Assembly (NCBI GenBank): GCA_030583805.1
Contig: CP129476.1
Location: forward strand, 1,030,657 to 1,094,656
Direction: 5' to 3'
Source of the DNA: Patescibacteria group bacterium
GTDB taxonomy: Bacteria; Patescibacteriota; Patescibacteriia; SG8-24; DYFX01
DNA: 64,000 nucleotides
The notes beneath the pieces are model-generated. The model did not search any database and was not told where the DNA came from. It saw only the letters and a program-made list of their open reading frames with translations. Below are positions 37,493 to 46,961 of the stretch, piece after piece; the stretch's first letter is position 1; the number at the start of each line of letters is the position of its first letter. The translations under genes and the position numbers were made by a program.

Positions 37493-39898
37493 ATGAACCT
37501 CCTCGTCTCCTACAACTGGCTGAAACAGTACGTAAAACTGAAACAGTCGCCGCAGGAATTCGCGGCGCGGCTTTCGCTTTCCGGTCCGTCGGTCGAACGC
37601 ATCCATCCGCAAGGCGCCGCGCTTGAGAAGGTCGTTGTCGGCAAGATTGTGAAAGTGAAACCGCATCCGAACGCCGACAAGCTCCGCGTCGTCGAAACCG
37701 ATTTGGGTTCGATGACGAAAGACGTCGTTTGCGGCGGTTCCAATTTGAACGAAGGCCAGCTCGTCGCCGTCGCGCTCCCGGGTTCCTGGGTGAAGTGGCA
37801 CGGGGAAGGGGAGCCGGTCGAAATCAAGGAAGCGGCGCTCCGCGGCGTGAACTCCTACGGCATGATCTGCGGCGCCGACGAAATCGGCCTGCTCGATCGT
37901 TTTCCGAAGAAAGAAGAAAAAGAGATCGTCGATCTCACCGCCTTGAACCTCAAGCCCGGCACGCCGCTCGCCGAAGCGCTGGGTTTCGACGACGTCGTCT
38001 TCGACGTTGAAGTCACCTCGAACCGCCCCGACGCCTTCTGCATGGTCGGCATGGCGCTGGAAGCCTCGGCGATTTTGAACGCGCCGATGGTTTGGAAGGA
38101 ACCGAAAGCGCCGAAGATGAAAGCTGGCGCGAAAGCGCTGCCGCTCGCGGTGTCCGTCGAGGCGAAAAAACTCTGCCCGCGCTACCAGGCGCTCGTCATG
38201 AAAAACGTGAAGGTCGGTCCGAGCCCGGCCTGGATGAAGGAACGCCTCGCGTCCGCCGGCGTGCGCTCGATCAACAATCTTGTCGACATTACGAACTACA
38301 TCCGCCTCGAACTCGGGCAGCCGATGCACGTTTTCGACTACGACAAGCTCGGCGGCAAGAAGATCGTCGTGCGCGAAGCCAAAGCGGGGGAGAAGCTGGC
38401 TGCGCTGGACGGAAACGCCTACGACCTCAAAGCGGGACAACTCGTCATCGCCGACGCGGAGCGCCCGGTCGCCGTGGCCGGCGTCATGGGCGGCGAAGAG
38501 AGCGGCACGACCGAACGCACGACGACGATCGTTTTCGAGTCGGCGGCCTTTGAGCCGGTCTCCGTGCGCCGCACCGCCCGCGCCCTCAACCTGCATTCTG
38601 ATTCCTCCCAACTGTACGAAAAAGGCCTCTCGACCGAAGTCACGTCCCCGGCGCTTGCGCGCGCGGCAGAGCTTGCTGCCGAACTGGCCGGAGCGGAAAT
38701 CGCTTCGAAAGTCTTCGATGTGCGCGCCTCGGTCTACAAGCCGCTCGTCGTGCCGTTCCGCCCTTCGCGCGCATCCGCGTTGATCGGCGTCGACATCCCC
38801 GCCAAAGACATGCGCCGCACGCTGACGGCGCTCGGATTCAAAGTCGTCGGCACGGGAGAACGCTGGAAGGTGACGGTGCCGTCGTGGCGCGATCACGATA
38901 TCGAAGGCGAGCGCGATCTCGTCGAAGAAGTCGCGCGCGTCCACGGCTACGACAACCTGCCCTCGGTCGTGCCGGAAGGCCGTTTGCCGCTCGCGGCACC
39001 CGACCGCGCGCTCGTCTGGGAAGACCGCGCCAAACGCGCTTTGAAGGGGTGGGGCTTTACCGAGCTCATGACCTACTCCTTCGTGTCGAAAGACGTGGCC
39101 GAGAAGTCGAGCTGCGGCGAGCAGGAGATGCTCCGCGTTTCCAATCCGCTCACGGAAGAGTTTGAATACATGCGCGACCGCCTGATCGGCAGCGTTCTTA
39201 AAATCGTCGCGGAGAACCAGGAAGAGGCCGTCGAAGGGCGCGCTTTCGAGCTGGCGAACGTCTACAAACCGCGCAAAGGCGACCTGCCGCTCGAAACGCC
39301 GCGCCTCATGATCGTTTCCTGGAGCCGCCACGACGACGGCCGCGACGTGTTCGCGATCAAAGGCGCCGTCGAAGCGTTGCTCGAAGCCTTTGGCGTGCGC
39401 GGCGCGAAATTTGCGCGCGGCGAAGGCTCCGACGTCTGGCATCCGGGACGCAGCGGCGTCATCAATGTCGGCGATCAGATGCTCGGCGGTTTCGGCGAAT
39501 TCCATCCGCAATTCTTGAAGCGTTTCGGCATCGACCGCCGCGTCGCGGGCGTCTCGCTCGACTTCCCGATGCTCGCGTCCTGGGCCAACGAAGCCAAAGT
39601 CTTCTCGCCGATCCCCGAATTTCCGCGCGTAAAGCGCGACCTCGCCTTCGTCGTCGAACGGCATCTCGAGCACGCCGCCATCGCGGCCGCGCTCGAAAAC
39701 GCCGACGCGCTGATCGCGTCGGTCGAATTGTTCGACGTCTACGAAGGCAAGAGCCTCGGACAGGGCAAGAAGAGCATGGCCTATCACCTCGAGTTCGGCG
39801 CGAGCGACCGCACGCTCAAGGCCGAAGAAGTCGATCGCGTGCTTGAAACGCTCCGCACAAAACTCACGAGCGACTTCGGTGCCGAAGTCCGTTCATAA
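37493..39898 (+). CDS. pheT: Phenylalanine--tRNA ligase beta subunit
   Basis: N-terminal tRNA-binding (MNLLVSYNWLKQYV), B3/B4, B5 and FDX-ACB domains; start placed at conserved MNLL. Confidence 0.9.
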   Translation: MNLLVSYNWLKQYVKLKQSPQEFAARLSLSGPSVERIHPQGAALEKVVVGKIVKVKPHPNADKLRVVETDLGSMTKDVVCGGSNLNEGQLVAVALPGSWVKWHGEGEPVEIKEAALRGVNSYGMICGADEIGLLDRFPKKEEKEIVDLTALNLKPGTPLAEALGFDDVVFDVEVTSNRPDAFCMVGMALEASAILNAPMVWKEPKAPKMKAGAKALPLAVSVEAKKLCPRYQALVMKNVKVGPSPAWMKERLASAGVRSINNLVDITNYIRLELGQPMHVFDYDKLGGKKIVVREAKAGEKLAALDGNAYDLKAGQLVIADAERPVAVAGVMGGEESGTTERTTTIVFESAAFEPVSVRRTARALNLHSDSSQLYEKGLSTEVTSPALARAAELAAELAGAEIASKVFDVRASVYKPLVVPFRPSRASALIGVDIPAKDMRRTLTALGFKVVGTGERWKVTVPSWRDHDIEGERDLVEEVARVHGYDNLPSVVPEGRLPLAAPDRALVWEDRAKRALKGWGFTELMTYSFVSKDVAEKSSCGEQEMLRVSNPLTEEFEYMRDRLIGSVLKIVAENQEEAVEGRAFELANVYKPRKGDLPLETPRLMIVSWSRHDDGRDVFAIKGAVEALLEAFGVRGAKFARGEGSDVWHPGRSGVINVGDQMLGGFGEFHPQFLKRFGIDRRVAGVSLDFPMLASWANEAKVFSPIPEFPRVKRDLAFVVERHLEHAAIAAALENADALIASVELFDVYEGKSLGQGKKSMAYHLEFGASDRTLKAEEVDRVLETLRTKLTSDFGAEVRS

Positions 39899-39908
39899 CG
39901 TTTTTCCT

Positions 39909-40199
39909 ATGGCCACCCGCAGCGAATTCATCCAACGCCAGCACGACGAGGTTCGCGAGACGCTTGAGCGCCTGCGCGAGCACGCGATGGGCTTCGAGGA
40001 AAAGATTCAGGAGGGGGAGGAGGCCGAAGAATGGCAGCCGCTCGTCGACGAGGCGAAGGCCGGCGTCGCCGCGCTCGAACCGGTCTTGGCCGACTTCGAC
40101 AACGCTGGCGTCGATCCGGAAGAGCTCGTGCAATACGCGCAAGTTATCGAACATTGGCAGATGCGCGAAGCCGAGTTCGCCAAGTTGCTCCAGTCGTGA
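39909..40199 (+). CDS. Hypothetical acidic helical protein
   Basis: 96 aa ORF directly after pheT. Confidence 0.3.
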   Translation: MATRSEFIQRQHDEVRETLERLREHAMGFEEKIQEGEEAEEWQPLVDEAKAGVAALEPVLADFDNAGVDPEELVQYAQVIEHWQMREAEFAKLLQS

Positions 40200-40223
40200 T
40201 AGACTAAGGCCATAAAGGAGGAT

Positions 40224-40595
40224 ATGGTCATCGAATCGTCAAAAGACATCCTGTTCGTCGTCCTGGCGTTCTGCGCCGTCTGGTTTACGATTTTCGTTTG
40301 CTGGGCGTTGTATTACGTCATCGGGATGCTGCGCGACGCCTCGTACATCATGCGTGAGATCCACGACAAGATCTCGGCCATCGACAAGGCGATCCACGCC
40401 GTGCGCGAAAAGGTGGAAACCTCCTTCGGCTCGTTCGGCATCGCCGCCGCCGGACTCAAAATGCTGGGCGGCTATCTCGACAAACGCAAGGATAAAGTCG
40501 CCGCCAAGGCGGAAAAAGTCGCCGCAAAGCTGAAAAAGAAAGCGGCAAAGGTAAAGAAACGTATCAAGGAAGAACTGGAAGAAGATACGGACTGA
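40224..40595 (+). CDS. Hypothetical membrane protein with basic coiled-coil tail
   Basis: RBS AAAGGAGG; N-terminal TM; Lys/Ala-rich C-terminus. Confidence 0.35.
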   Translation: MVIESSKDILFVVLAFCAVWFTIFVCWALYYVIGMLRDASYIMREIHDKISAIDKAIHAVREKVETSFGSFGIAAAGLKMLGGYLDKRKDKVAAKAEKVAAKLKKKAAKVKKRIKEELEEDTD

Positions 40596-40684
40596 CGACA
40601 TGCGCAAACCCCCGGCCCCGCGGCCGGGGGTTTTGGTTTGCGGCGGAAGCTGCTATTCTTTGGGCGAAGATTCACTTTACGCTT

Positions 40685-41128
40685 ATGGAAACGCAACACG
40701 GACTCCCGGCGATCAGCTGTATGGATTTGAGGAAGCTGCAGGAAAGCGAAAAGAAGCACGTCCTGATCGACGTGCGCGACCTGGCCGACTACGAAGCCGG
40801 GCACGTCGAAGGCTCGATCCACGTGCCGCTTCGCGAACTCGAGACGAATATCGACGGCGTCGTGCCCGACAAGAACGAATACGTCATCGTCATCGGCGAA
40901 GAGCGCGGTTTCGCGCCGGAAACGTACGAGCATTTGAAGGGTAAAGGGTACACGAACGTCGAATTCCTGCTCGGCGGTTTCGACGAATGGTGCAAGCCCG
41001 CCGAGCCGGACATCTCCGACCTCAAAGAGGACGCGGAAATGGAAAAGGAGATCGCCGAGAACCGTTCGGAGCACGGCGAAGACCAGGACGACATCGAGCA
41101 AGGCACCCAGGACGAGCCCTTGATGTGA
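40685..41128 (+). CDS. Rhodanese-like domain protein (probably catalytically inactive; no active-site Cys)
   Basis: Rhodanese fold motifs (VLIDVRDLADYEAGHVEGSIHVP); the active-site loop lacks Cys (IVIGEERG). Confidence 0.55.
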   Translation: METQHGLPAISCMDLRKLQESEKKHVLIDVRDLADYEAGHVEGSIHVPLRELETNIDGVVPDKNEYVIVIGEERGFAPETYEHLKGKGYTNVEFLLGGFDEWCKPAEPDISDLKEDAEMEKEIAENRSEHGEDQDDIEQGTQDEPLM

Positions 41129-41184
41129 GGCGGGGAGGGGAATTGACAAAAAAGCCGATATTCATTGGCTCCTGCGCGAAGAGT

Positions 41185-41193
41185 TGCTATACT
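41185..41193 (+). promoter_or_regulatory. Extended -10 element TGCTATACT upstream of hup
   Basis: Same TGnTATACT motif as at 15917 and 16617. Confidence 0.4.
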
Positions 41194-41229
41194 TCCTAGC
41201 GTAATAACACTTATCCACAGAGAGAACGT

Positions 41230-41511
41230 ATGGCTAAGATGAGCAAGTCCCAGGTCGTCGCCGCGATGGCCGAAAAGAGCGGCCTGTCCAAGAAGGACGC
41301 CGGCATGTACCTCGAGAACCTCGCCAAGTTGGCGGAAACGGAAGTCAAGAAGGCCGGCGAGTTCGTTCTCCCGGGCTTCGGCAAGCTCGTGAAGATGCAC
41401 CGCAAGGAGCGCATGGGCCGCAACCCGGCCACCGGCCAGCCGGTCAAGATCGCCGCGAAGACGGTCGTGAAGTTCCGCCTCGCCAAGGCGATGAAGGACG
41501 CCGTTCTCTAG
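41230..41511 (+). CDS. hup: HU family DNA-binding protein
   Basis: Typical HU/IHF sequence (GFGKL...R...RNP.TG beta-arm); 93 aa. Confidence 0.9.
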   Translation: MAKMSKSQVVAAMAEKSGLSKKDAGMYLENLAKLAETEVKKAGEFVLPGFGKLVKMHRKERMGRNPATGQPVKIAAKTVVKFRLAKAMKDAVL

Positions 41512-41650
41512 TCGGCGTCCGAAACCGGCGATCTGCTTGGGCTTCGGCTCGTCGCACCGTTCCGGCGTACCGAGTACGCCTCACGGCTGCGACGGCCTCC
41601 AGCCCGGCGCATCTCATCCGGTTTCGAACGCCTCCATAGCATTGGAGATC

Positions 41651-41684
41651 GAAAAAAGACGGGCGAAAGCCCGTCTTTGTGTTC
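41651..41684. terminator. Intrinsic terminator (bidirectional)
   Basis: GAAAAAAGACGGGCGAAAGCCCGTCTTTGTGTT. Confidence 0.6.
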
Positions 41685-42130
41685 TAAGGCGTTTTGGGGT
41701 CTGCTCTGGCCGGCAGCCACCAAAAGGTTCCGGATTGCGTAATGGCGAGCCGATGTTCGCGCGTCCGCTGGCGAGGCGCCTCAAGCCACAAGGCGATGAG
41801 GGCGGATCGCAGGGCGACGGACATCTCCAGGGTGACGCGGCCATGTACTTCCACGTACAGGAGCGGCCCGCGCGTTCCGTTGCGGCTGCGTTCGTAGAAG
41901 GTCCTGATCTTCTCGGCGGCATCCCGTTTTTGGGTGATCTGCACGCCGATCGGATAGCGCAGCGCCGCCAGCGGCTCGATCTCCTGCACGAGGATATCGA
42001 TCTTGTAGACGTGATCGAGAGCGGTCGATTGCGTGAACTTCACGCCGAGCTCGCACAATCGATCCGACAGGCGAGCCTCGGTCGTTTCGCGGACGTAGCG
42101 CGGCGGTCTCTTTCGCGTGCGGCGGCTCAA
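41684..42130 (-). CDS. Hypothetical protein
   Basis: 148 aa ORF, no recognisable motif. Confidence 0.3.
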   Translation of the reverse strand: MSRRTRKRPPRYVRETTEARLSDRLCELGVKFTQSTALDHVYKIDILVQEIEPLAALRYPIGVQITQKRDAAEKIRTFYERSRNGTRGPLLYVEVHGRVTLEMSVALRSALIALWLEAPRQRTREHRLAITQSGTFWWLPARADPKTP

Positions 42131-42243
42131 GGGCGGCTCCTCGCAAGGGGATAGGCATACTCTAGCGTGTCGGCGTCCGGATGCAAGTTCCGGGGTTTCG
42201 GATTGACCGCAGGGGCCATATGGGATAGTTTGGAAAAACCTTT

Positions 42244-42630
42244 TTGCAAGGAGCCGCCGTGGATGACGAGGACAAGCGGCCTCCGCGGCTGCGACCGGAA
42301 GTCGAACTTCCTCCCGACTCGACCGACACGTTCCAGCTTTTCAAGACGCTGAAGAAAACCGACGGGCAGTACATCCGCTGGCGCCGCTTGCCGGCTCAGG
42401 GTTGGTACATGGGCGTTTGCGCCGGCCTGGCGAAGCGGTACGGCTTGCCGCGCTGGAAAGTGCGCCTCTATTTCTTGGCGGGACTTCTCGTTGCCGGCCT
42501 CCCGATCGTGTACTACGTGCTCGCCACGGCGTTCGTTCCCGCAGAAGGCGAAGACGGCGCGGCGAGCGCCGAAGGATACGAGGAAATCGAACTCGAAGAC
42601 GACTCAGCAGGCGAGGACCCGAAAACGTAG
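42244..42630 (+). CDS. PspC-domain membrane protein
   Basis: GWYMGVCAGLAKRYGLPRWKVRLYFL + TM helix is the PspC domain signature. Start may be the GTG at 42259 after AAGGAG. Confidence 0.6.
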   Translation: MQGAAVDDEDKRPPRLRPEVELPPDSTDTFQLFKTLKKTDGQYIRWRRLPAQGWYMGVCAGLAKRYGLPRWKVRLYFLAGLLVAGLPIVYYVLATAFVPAEGEDGAASAEGYEEIELEDDSAGEDPKT

Positions 42631-42704
42631 GGTCTTCTTTTCTTTTTCGGGGACGCTTGGTAGGCTCGGGGCAGTTCGAAACGCACCTTACGAAAGGATT
42701 CCCG

Positions 42705-43532
42705 ATGGAGACCCAACGCGCGACCGCGCTGCTCTCGGACGTGACGGAAAGCTACGACCGCCTGACGGAAGACGAGCTCAGGAATCTCGGCATCGTGCTG
42801 GGCGCCTACCGTTCGTTCCGAGGCAACCGCCGCGGCCTTCTGGCCTACGTCAGCATGCCGATCACGAGCGGCAAGAGGTACTTCGACGTGCTGACGGAGC
42901 ACGGCGTGACGAGCGCGGAAGAACTGGCCGCCAAGGCCGGCAAGGACGCGCTCTACGAGCTCGTCATCAAGCCGAACATCCGGGAAGGCGTCGCCTTCGC
43001 CGATCAGCTTGGCGAGACGCGCAAGGACCTTCTCTTCATCGCGCCCTCGGTGTTCGAGGCGAAGAAGTGGCGGTGGTCGCAGGACGCCTACATGTCGCTC
43101 TGGTACCGCGTGATCGGCGAGCTGACCGGCAAGCACTACCTCATGGACGGCTGGGAGTACTCGACCGGCGGCGTGAAGGAAGTCATGTTCACGGTTCTCA
43201 TGCAGAACCAGGCGTTTCTCGACGCCTTCCGCATGAAGGATTTCCTGCCCGACGTGCCGGAGGAACGTCTCCGTGAAGAGTACTGGGCGATGCGCGAGGT
43301 TCGCATCTACGACGCCCAGGGGCAAGATATCAACGTCATCAAGGCGGTCGAGATGATCGTTGCGGCAGTCGCGGATCTCAGGAAGCGCGGACTTCCGTGC
43401 CAGGAGCTCATTCCTCCGACGATCCGCATGGCCGACTCGGTCATCAGCTTGGACACGGGTCGGTTGCCGATTTCGTGGTACGACCGCCTCTTCGACGCGA
43501 AGGAAGCGTTGCTCAACAGCGCTCGATCGTGA
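42705..43532 (+). CDS. Hypothetical protein
   Basis: 275 aa, start chosen at METQRAT; intrinsic terminator 43536-43560. Confidence 0.4.
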   Translation: METQRATALLSDVTESYDRLTEDELRNLGIVLGAYRSFRGNRRGLLAYVSMPITSGKRYFDVLTEHGVTSAEELAAKAGKDALYELVIKPNIREGVAFADQLGETRKDLLFIAPSVFEAKKWRWSQDAYMSLWYRVIGELTGKHYLMDGWEYSTGGVKEVMFTVLMQNQAFLDAFRMKDFLPDVPEERLREEYWAMREVRIYDAQGQDINVIKAVEMIVAAVADLRKRGLPCQELIPPTIRMADSVISLDTGRLPISWYDRLFDAKEALLNSARS

Positions 43533-43591
43533 CAGCGACCCTCCTCGGGTCGTTTTTTCTTTTATGAAAAAACGGCCTCGTGCGAGACCGT

Positions 43592-43843
43592 TCAGTTGAG
43601 CATGTGCCGCGGCACGCGCGGCGTCTTCGGGCGATGGTCCATCATGTAGATCGCCGCCGGGAGGGCGAAGAGCCAGACGTAGGCCCAGATGGCGAATGAG
43701 ATGCCGATGCTGAGCGCGGGCGGCAGGGGGGTCGCCAGCACGAGCGGCAACGATGCGAAGAACGTCACGATCGCGAGGCCGATCAGGGCGGGGAGCGCGC
43801 CCTTCCGCCGATTGGCGAGAAAGTGCTTCCAGATCTCGAGCAT
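43592..43843 (-). CDS. Small hypothetical membrane protein
   Basis: Start at the ATG preceded by AAGGAGG; 2 TM helices. Confidence 0.35.
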   Translation of the reverse strand: MLEIWKHFLANRRKGALPALIGLAIVTFFASLPLVLATPLPPALSIGISFAIWAYVWLFALPAAIYMMDHRPKTPRVPRHMLN

Positions 43844-43946
43844 GGAACCTCCTTTTGGTTGCGTGGCGAGAGCATAGCGCGGATGCCCGCCCGCGTCCAG
43901 GTTCCAAGCCGGGAGACTTTCGTTTTTTCTGCTATGCTGTAAGCAC

Positions 43947-45002
43947 ATGATTCCTCTCGCGCCGGGGCCGCACAAAAAACTGATCGCCGCCGGGCTTGCC
44001 GCCGCCGCTTTGATCGGCAGCGGGATTTTGGTCGCGCGGTATTTTGCCGCCAGCGCGACGGACGCGCTCCTCGAGGTTTCGGAGCCGGAACCCGAGCCGA
44101 CCATCGACTTCGCCGACTACGACCGCCGCCTGCGCCGCTTGGCGCACGTCCCCGAAACCGCCAAGAATACCGACGGCCTGCTTTGGCCGGTCAAAGCCGC
44201 CTATCCCGAAGTCGGCGCGATCCTTCCCTGGAAGCGCATCGTCGCGTATTACGGCAACTTCTATTCCAGGGGCATGGGCGTGCTCGGCGAATATTCCGAG
44301 GACGTGATGCTTGAGAAATTCAGAAAAGAGATCGCCGCGTGGGAAGCCGCCGATCCGGAGACGCCGGTCATGCCGGCCGTCGACTACATCGCCATCGTGG
44401 CGCAGGCCGGAGCGGGGAGAGACGGAAAATACCGCGCGCGCATGCCGCACACGGAAATCGACAAAGCGCTCGCCGTCGCCGAAAAAGTGAACGGCATCGT
44501 CATTCTCGAAGTGCAAGCCGGACTCTCGGACGTCATGACGGAAATCAAGACGCTCGAGCCGTATCTCAAGCTGCCGAACGTGCATTTGGCGATCGATCCC
44601 GAGTTCGCGATGCTCCGCCGCAAGGTGCGCCCCGGCCTCATGGTCGGCACGGTCGACGCTTGGGAAGTGAACGCGGCTGCAGAATATCTCGCCGAACTCG
44701 TACGCGCGAACGATTTGCCGCCCAAGGTGCTCGTCGTCCACCGCTACACGCGCCCGATGGTCACGAACGCGGCCAAGATCGTCCCGCTTCCCGAAGTGCA
44801 GATCGTCATGGACATGGACGGCTGGGGCGGCATGGGCAACAAGATCAGCACCTACAACGCCTACATCCGCCCCGAACCCGTGCAATTCACCGGCTTCAAG
44901 CTGTTCTACAAGAACGACGTGAAGTGGAAAGGGTCGCGCATGCTGACGCCGAAAGAAATTTTGGATCTCACGCCTTCGCCGTCGTTCATCCAGTATCAAT
45001 AA
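43947..45002 (+). CDS. Hypothetical membrane-anchored protein (possible TIM-barrel glycoside-hydrolase-like fold)
   Basis: N-terminal TM; alternating beta/alpha pattern; no firm family assignment. Confidence 0.35.
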   Translation: MIPLAPGPHKKLIAAGLAAAALIGSGILVARYFAASATDALLEVSEPEPEPTIDFADYDRRLRRLAHVPETAKNTDGLLWPVKAAYPEVGAILPWKRIVAYYGNFYSRGMGVLGEYSEDVMLEKFRKEIAAWEAADPETPVMPAVDYIAIVAQAGAGRDGKYRARMPHTEIDKALAVAEKVNGIVILEVQAGLSDVMTEIKTLEPYLKLPNVHLAIDPEFAMLRRKVRPGLMVGTVDAWEVNAAAEYLAELVRANDLPPKVLVVHRYTRPMVTNAAKIVPLPEVQIVMDMDGWGGMGNKISTYNAYIRPEPVQFTGFKLFYKNDVKWKGSRMLTPKEILDLTPSPSFIQYQ

Positions 45003-45016
45003 CGGATGCCGCGAAG

Positions 45017-45274
45017 ATGAAAACAGTACAGGGAAAAACCGCCCGCGTGCCGCATCCCGTCGCGCCGGCTGACGTGAAGAAGATGCTGGCCGCCTCGCCG
45101 AAAGCGAAAGCGGTTTGGGATACGATCTCGCCGCTCGCCCGCAACGAATGGATCTGCTGGATGACCTCCGGCAAGATGGAAGGCACGAGAAAAATCCGCA
45201 TCGAGAAAGGGCGCTCGAAAATGGAGAGCGGCATGCGCCGCCCGTGCTGCTGGGCGGGGTGCCCTCACCGTTGA
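45017..45274 (+). CDS. YdeI/OmpD-associated family protein (short form)
   Basis: C-terminal ARNEWICWMTSGK...RPCCWAGCPHR motif characteristic of the YdeI family. Confidence 0.55.
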   Translation: MKTVQGKTARVPHPVAPADVKKMLAASPKAKAVWDTISPLARNEWICWMTSGKMEGTRKIRIEKGRSKMESGMRRPCCWAGCPHR

Positions 45275-45276
45275 AC

Positions 45277-45597
45277 ATGAAGAAGCGGAACCTGTTCAGC
45301 GAACGCGTCCTCGAGCTCGTCCTCTCGATCCCGAAAGGCCGCGTCACGACCTACGGCCGCATCGCCCGCCAAGCCGGCGGCGGCACCATGGCCGCCCAAA
45401 GCATCACCGCGATCCTCTGGAAAGCCGAACAGCGCGGGGTGAAGAATATTCCGTATCATCGCATCGTGTATGCGGATGGGAGGATTTGGGTTGATCCGAA
45501 GCGGAGGGGGGAGAGGTTGGCGTTGTATAAGAAGGAGGGGATTCAAATAGGCAAAGACGATAAGGTGGTGGATTTTAAGAAGAAATTGCCTCAATGA
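45277..45597 (+). CDS. MGMT-family protein (alkyltransferase-like DNA-binding domain; Cys replaced by Tyr: PYHRIV)
   Basis: IPKGRVTTYGRIA...NIPYHRIV matches the MGMT DNA-binding domain; canonical PCHRV is altered. Confidence 0.6.
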   Translation: MKKRNLFSERVLELVLSIPKGRVTTYGRIARQAGGGTMAAQSITAILWKAEQRGVKNIPYHRIVYADGRIWVDPKRRGERLALYKKEGIQIGKDDKVVDFKKKLPQ

Positions 45598-45601
45598 ACG
45601 T

Positions 45602-46276
45602 ATGGCTTATCTGAAATGGTTGGAGAATGGCTACTTAAAGAAGCAATCCGGGAAATACTACCTGCTGCTCATTGCGTTCTCTATAGCGGGATTTATTTTT
45701 TCTCGAAGCTCACTTTCCCAGAGGTTTCCATTCACGTTCGCATTGGTCGGTATATTTGTCGTTGTAGTTTATATCCTTGCGTACTTCAAATATTTCAAAA
45801 AGATTCTGCATTTTGAAAAAGGGATAGATGGAGAATGGGCTGTTGCCAAAGTCTTGTGTGACTTGCCAGAGTCGCACTTTGGCTTCCATGATGTACGCGT
45901 GCCAGGCATGTGGGGGAATATTGATTTTGTCGTCGTTACACCTACGCATGTTTTTGCACTCGAGGTAAAAAACACGCTGTGGTATTCAACAAAGTCTCAT
46001 GTCAAACAGGCAAAACAAGGAGCCATGTTCTTGAATAGGTGGCTGCGGCAACAGATTGGTCACGACATCTTCGTAAATCCAGTCGTCGTGTTTTCTCATA
46101 GTAAAAATAAGTGGCGGCATACCGGCATTCATGATCGTGCCGGGGTGGTAAGACTGGACGGCCTCAACGCCTTTGTTTTGGATAAATCCGGACGGTCTTA
46201 TGACACAGGTCTGATGATCCCGGTCGTGCAAGCGCTTAAAAGGTTTACGCCTGTTCATAAGGTTGTTTGCGACTAA
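45602..46276 (+). CDS. NERD (nuclease-related domain) protein with N-terminal TM
   Basis: EWAVAKVL...HDVRVPG..GNIDFVVVTPTHVFALEVKN pattern of the NERD domain. Confidence 0.65.
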   Translation: MAYLKWLENGYLKKQSGKYYLLLIAFSIAGFIFSRSSLSQRFPFTFALVGIFVVVVYILAYFKYFKKILHFEKGIDGEWAVAKVLCDLPESHFGFHDVRVPGMWGNIDFVVVTPTHVFALEVKNTLWYSTKSHVKQAKQGAMFLNRWLRQQIGHDIFVNPVVVFSHSKNKWRHTGIHDRAGVVRLDGLNAFVLDKSGRSYDTGLMIPVVQALKRFTPVHKVVCD

Positions 46277-46316
46277 AAGGAAGTGAGCAGGCGCAAGCCC
46301 GTACTTAAATCTAGCC

Positions 46317-46354
46317 TTTGCCCCGTTCGCCCTTCTTCCTGTAGGATCGGGTAC
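46317..46354. repeat. 38-bp direct repeat copy 1 (duplicate of dnaE promoter region)
   Basis: TTTGCCCCGTTCGCCCTTCTTCCTGTAGGATCGGGTAC; 36/38 identical to 48656-48693. Confidence 0.75.
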
Positions 46355-46465
46355 GTCGTTAGTGAACCTTAATAAATCCCTTTGGTGCCAGGTACGGATA
46401 ACCGTGAATTTTAGAAAAAACATGCTACACTAAATCTAGTTGTGAAGTGTTAATTCGCACACACT

Positions 46466-46861
46466 ATGAATCCAGTGGTCAAAAAGTTTGGAATCGCGAT
46501 TGGTGCCATTGTAGTTCTGTTTATCGTTCTCAGTAGATTTTCAATCGTGGAATCTAGGTATGTATGCCTGGGGGATTTAACAAGTGATACCGGAGTTCGG
46601 TCTACTAATGTCTATTTAAAACTCCAGAAGTATAGGTGGTGGGTTCATCTATGGAATGATTCCTACGGTGCATTGAATTGGGAAATTCCAAATACCTGGA
46701 CTGAGTACTACGAGCGTATTGAAGACGTTGGAGATCATCTTCAATTTTTTGAAATGTATCCCAGTAGGAAATCCAAGGGAAATTTCTCGCTACTCAGCGG
46801 AGCGATCAAAATTGTAACTCCTTTGGGAAATTTTCAAGGAGATTGCAGGATTGCTGAGTAA
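46466..46861 (+). CDS. Hypothetical protein with N-terminal TM (island cargo)
   Basis: 131 aa, low-GC. Confidence 0.4.
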   Translation: MNPVVKKFGIAIGAIVVLFIVLSRFSIVESRYVCLGDLTSDTGVRSTNVYLKLQKYRWWVHLWNDSYGALNWEIPNTWTEYYERIEDVGDHLQFFEMYPSRKSKGNFSLLSGAIKIVTPLGNFQGDCRIAE

Positions 46862-46961
46862 CATACTAACTTAAAAATTTGAAAGCCACTCCCAGATAGG
46901 GATCTTTCCCCGTTAGTGCCAGGCACTGGCAAAAAATGGCACTATGGGGATGTTCTAGTAT

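Noticed and set aside
41143-41148. Perfect TTGACA hexamer upstream of hup as a -35 element
   Set aside because: It lies ~40 nt upstream of the TATACT -10, far outside the 16-19-nt spacing. The extended -10 alone is the more likely promoter.
44339-45274. 311-aa Arg-rich ORF overlapping the 43947-45002 gene
   Set aside because: Only its last 86 codons (from ATG 45017) make a sensible protein (YdeI-family C-terminal motif). The rest is an out-of-frame shadow over a better-supported gene.
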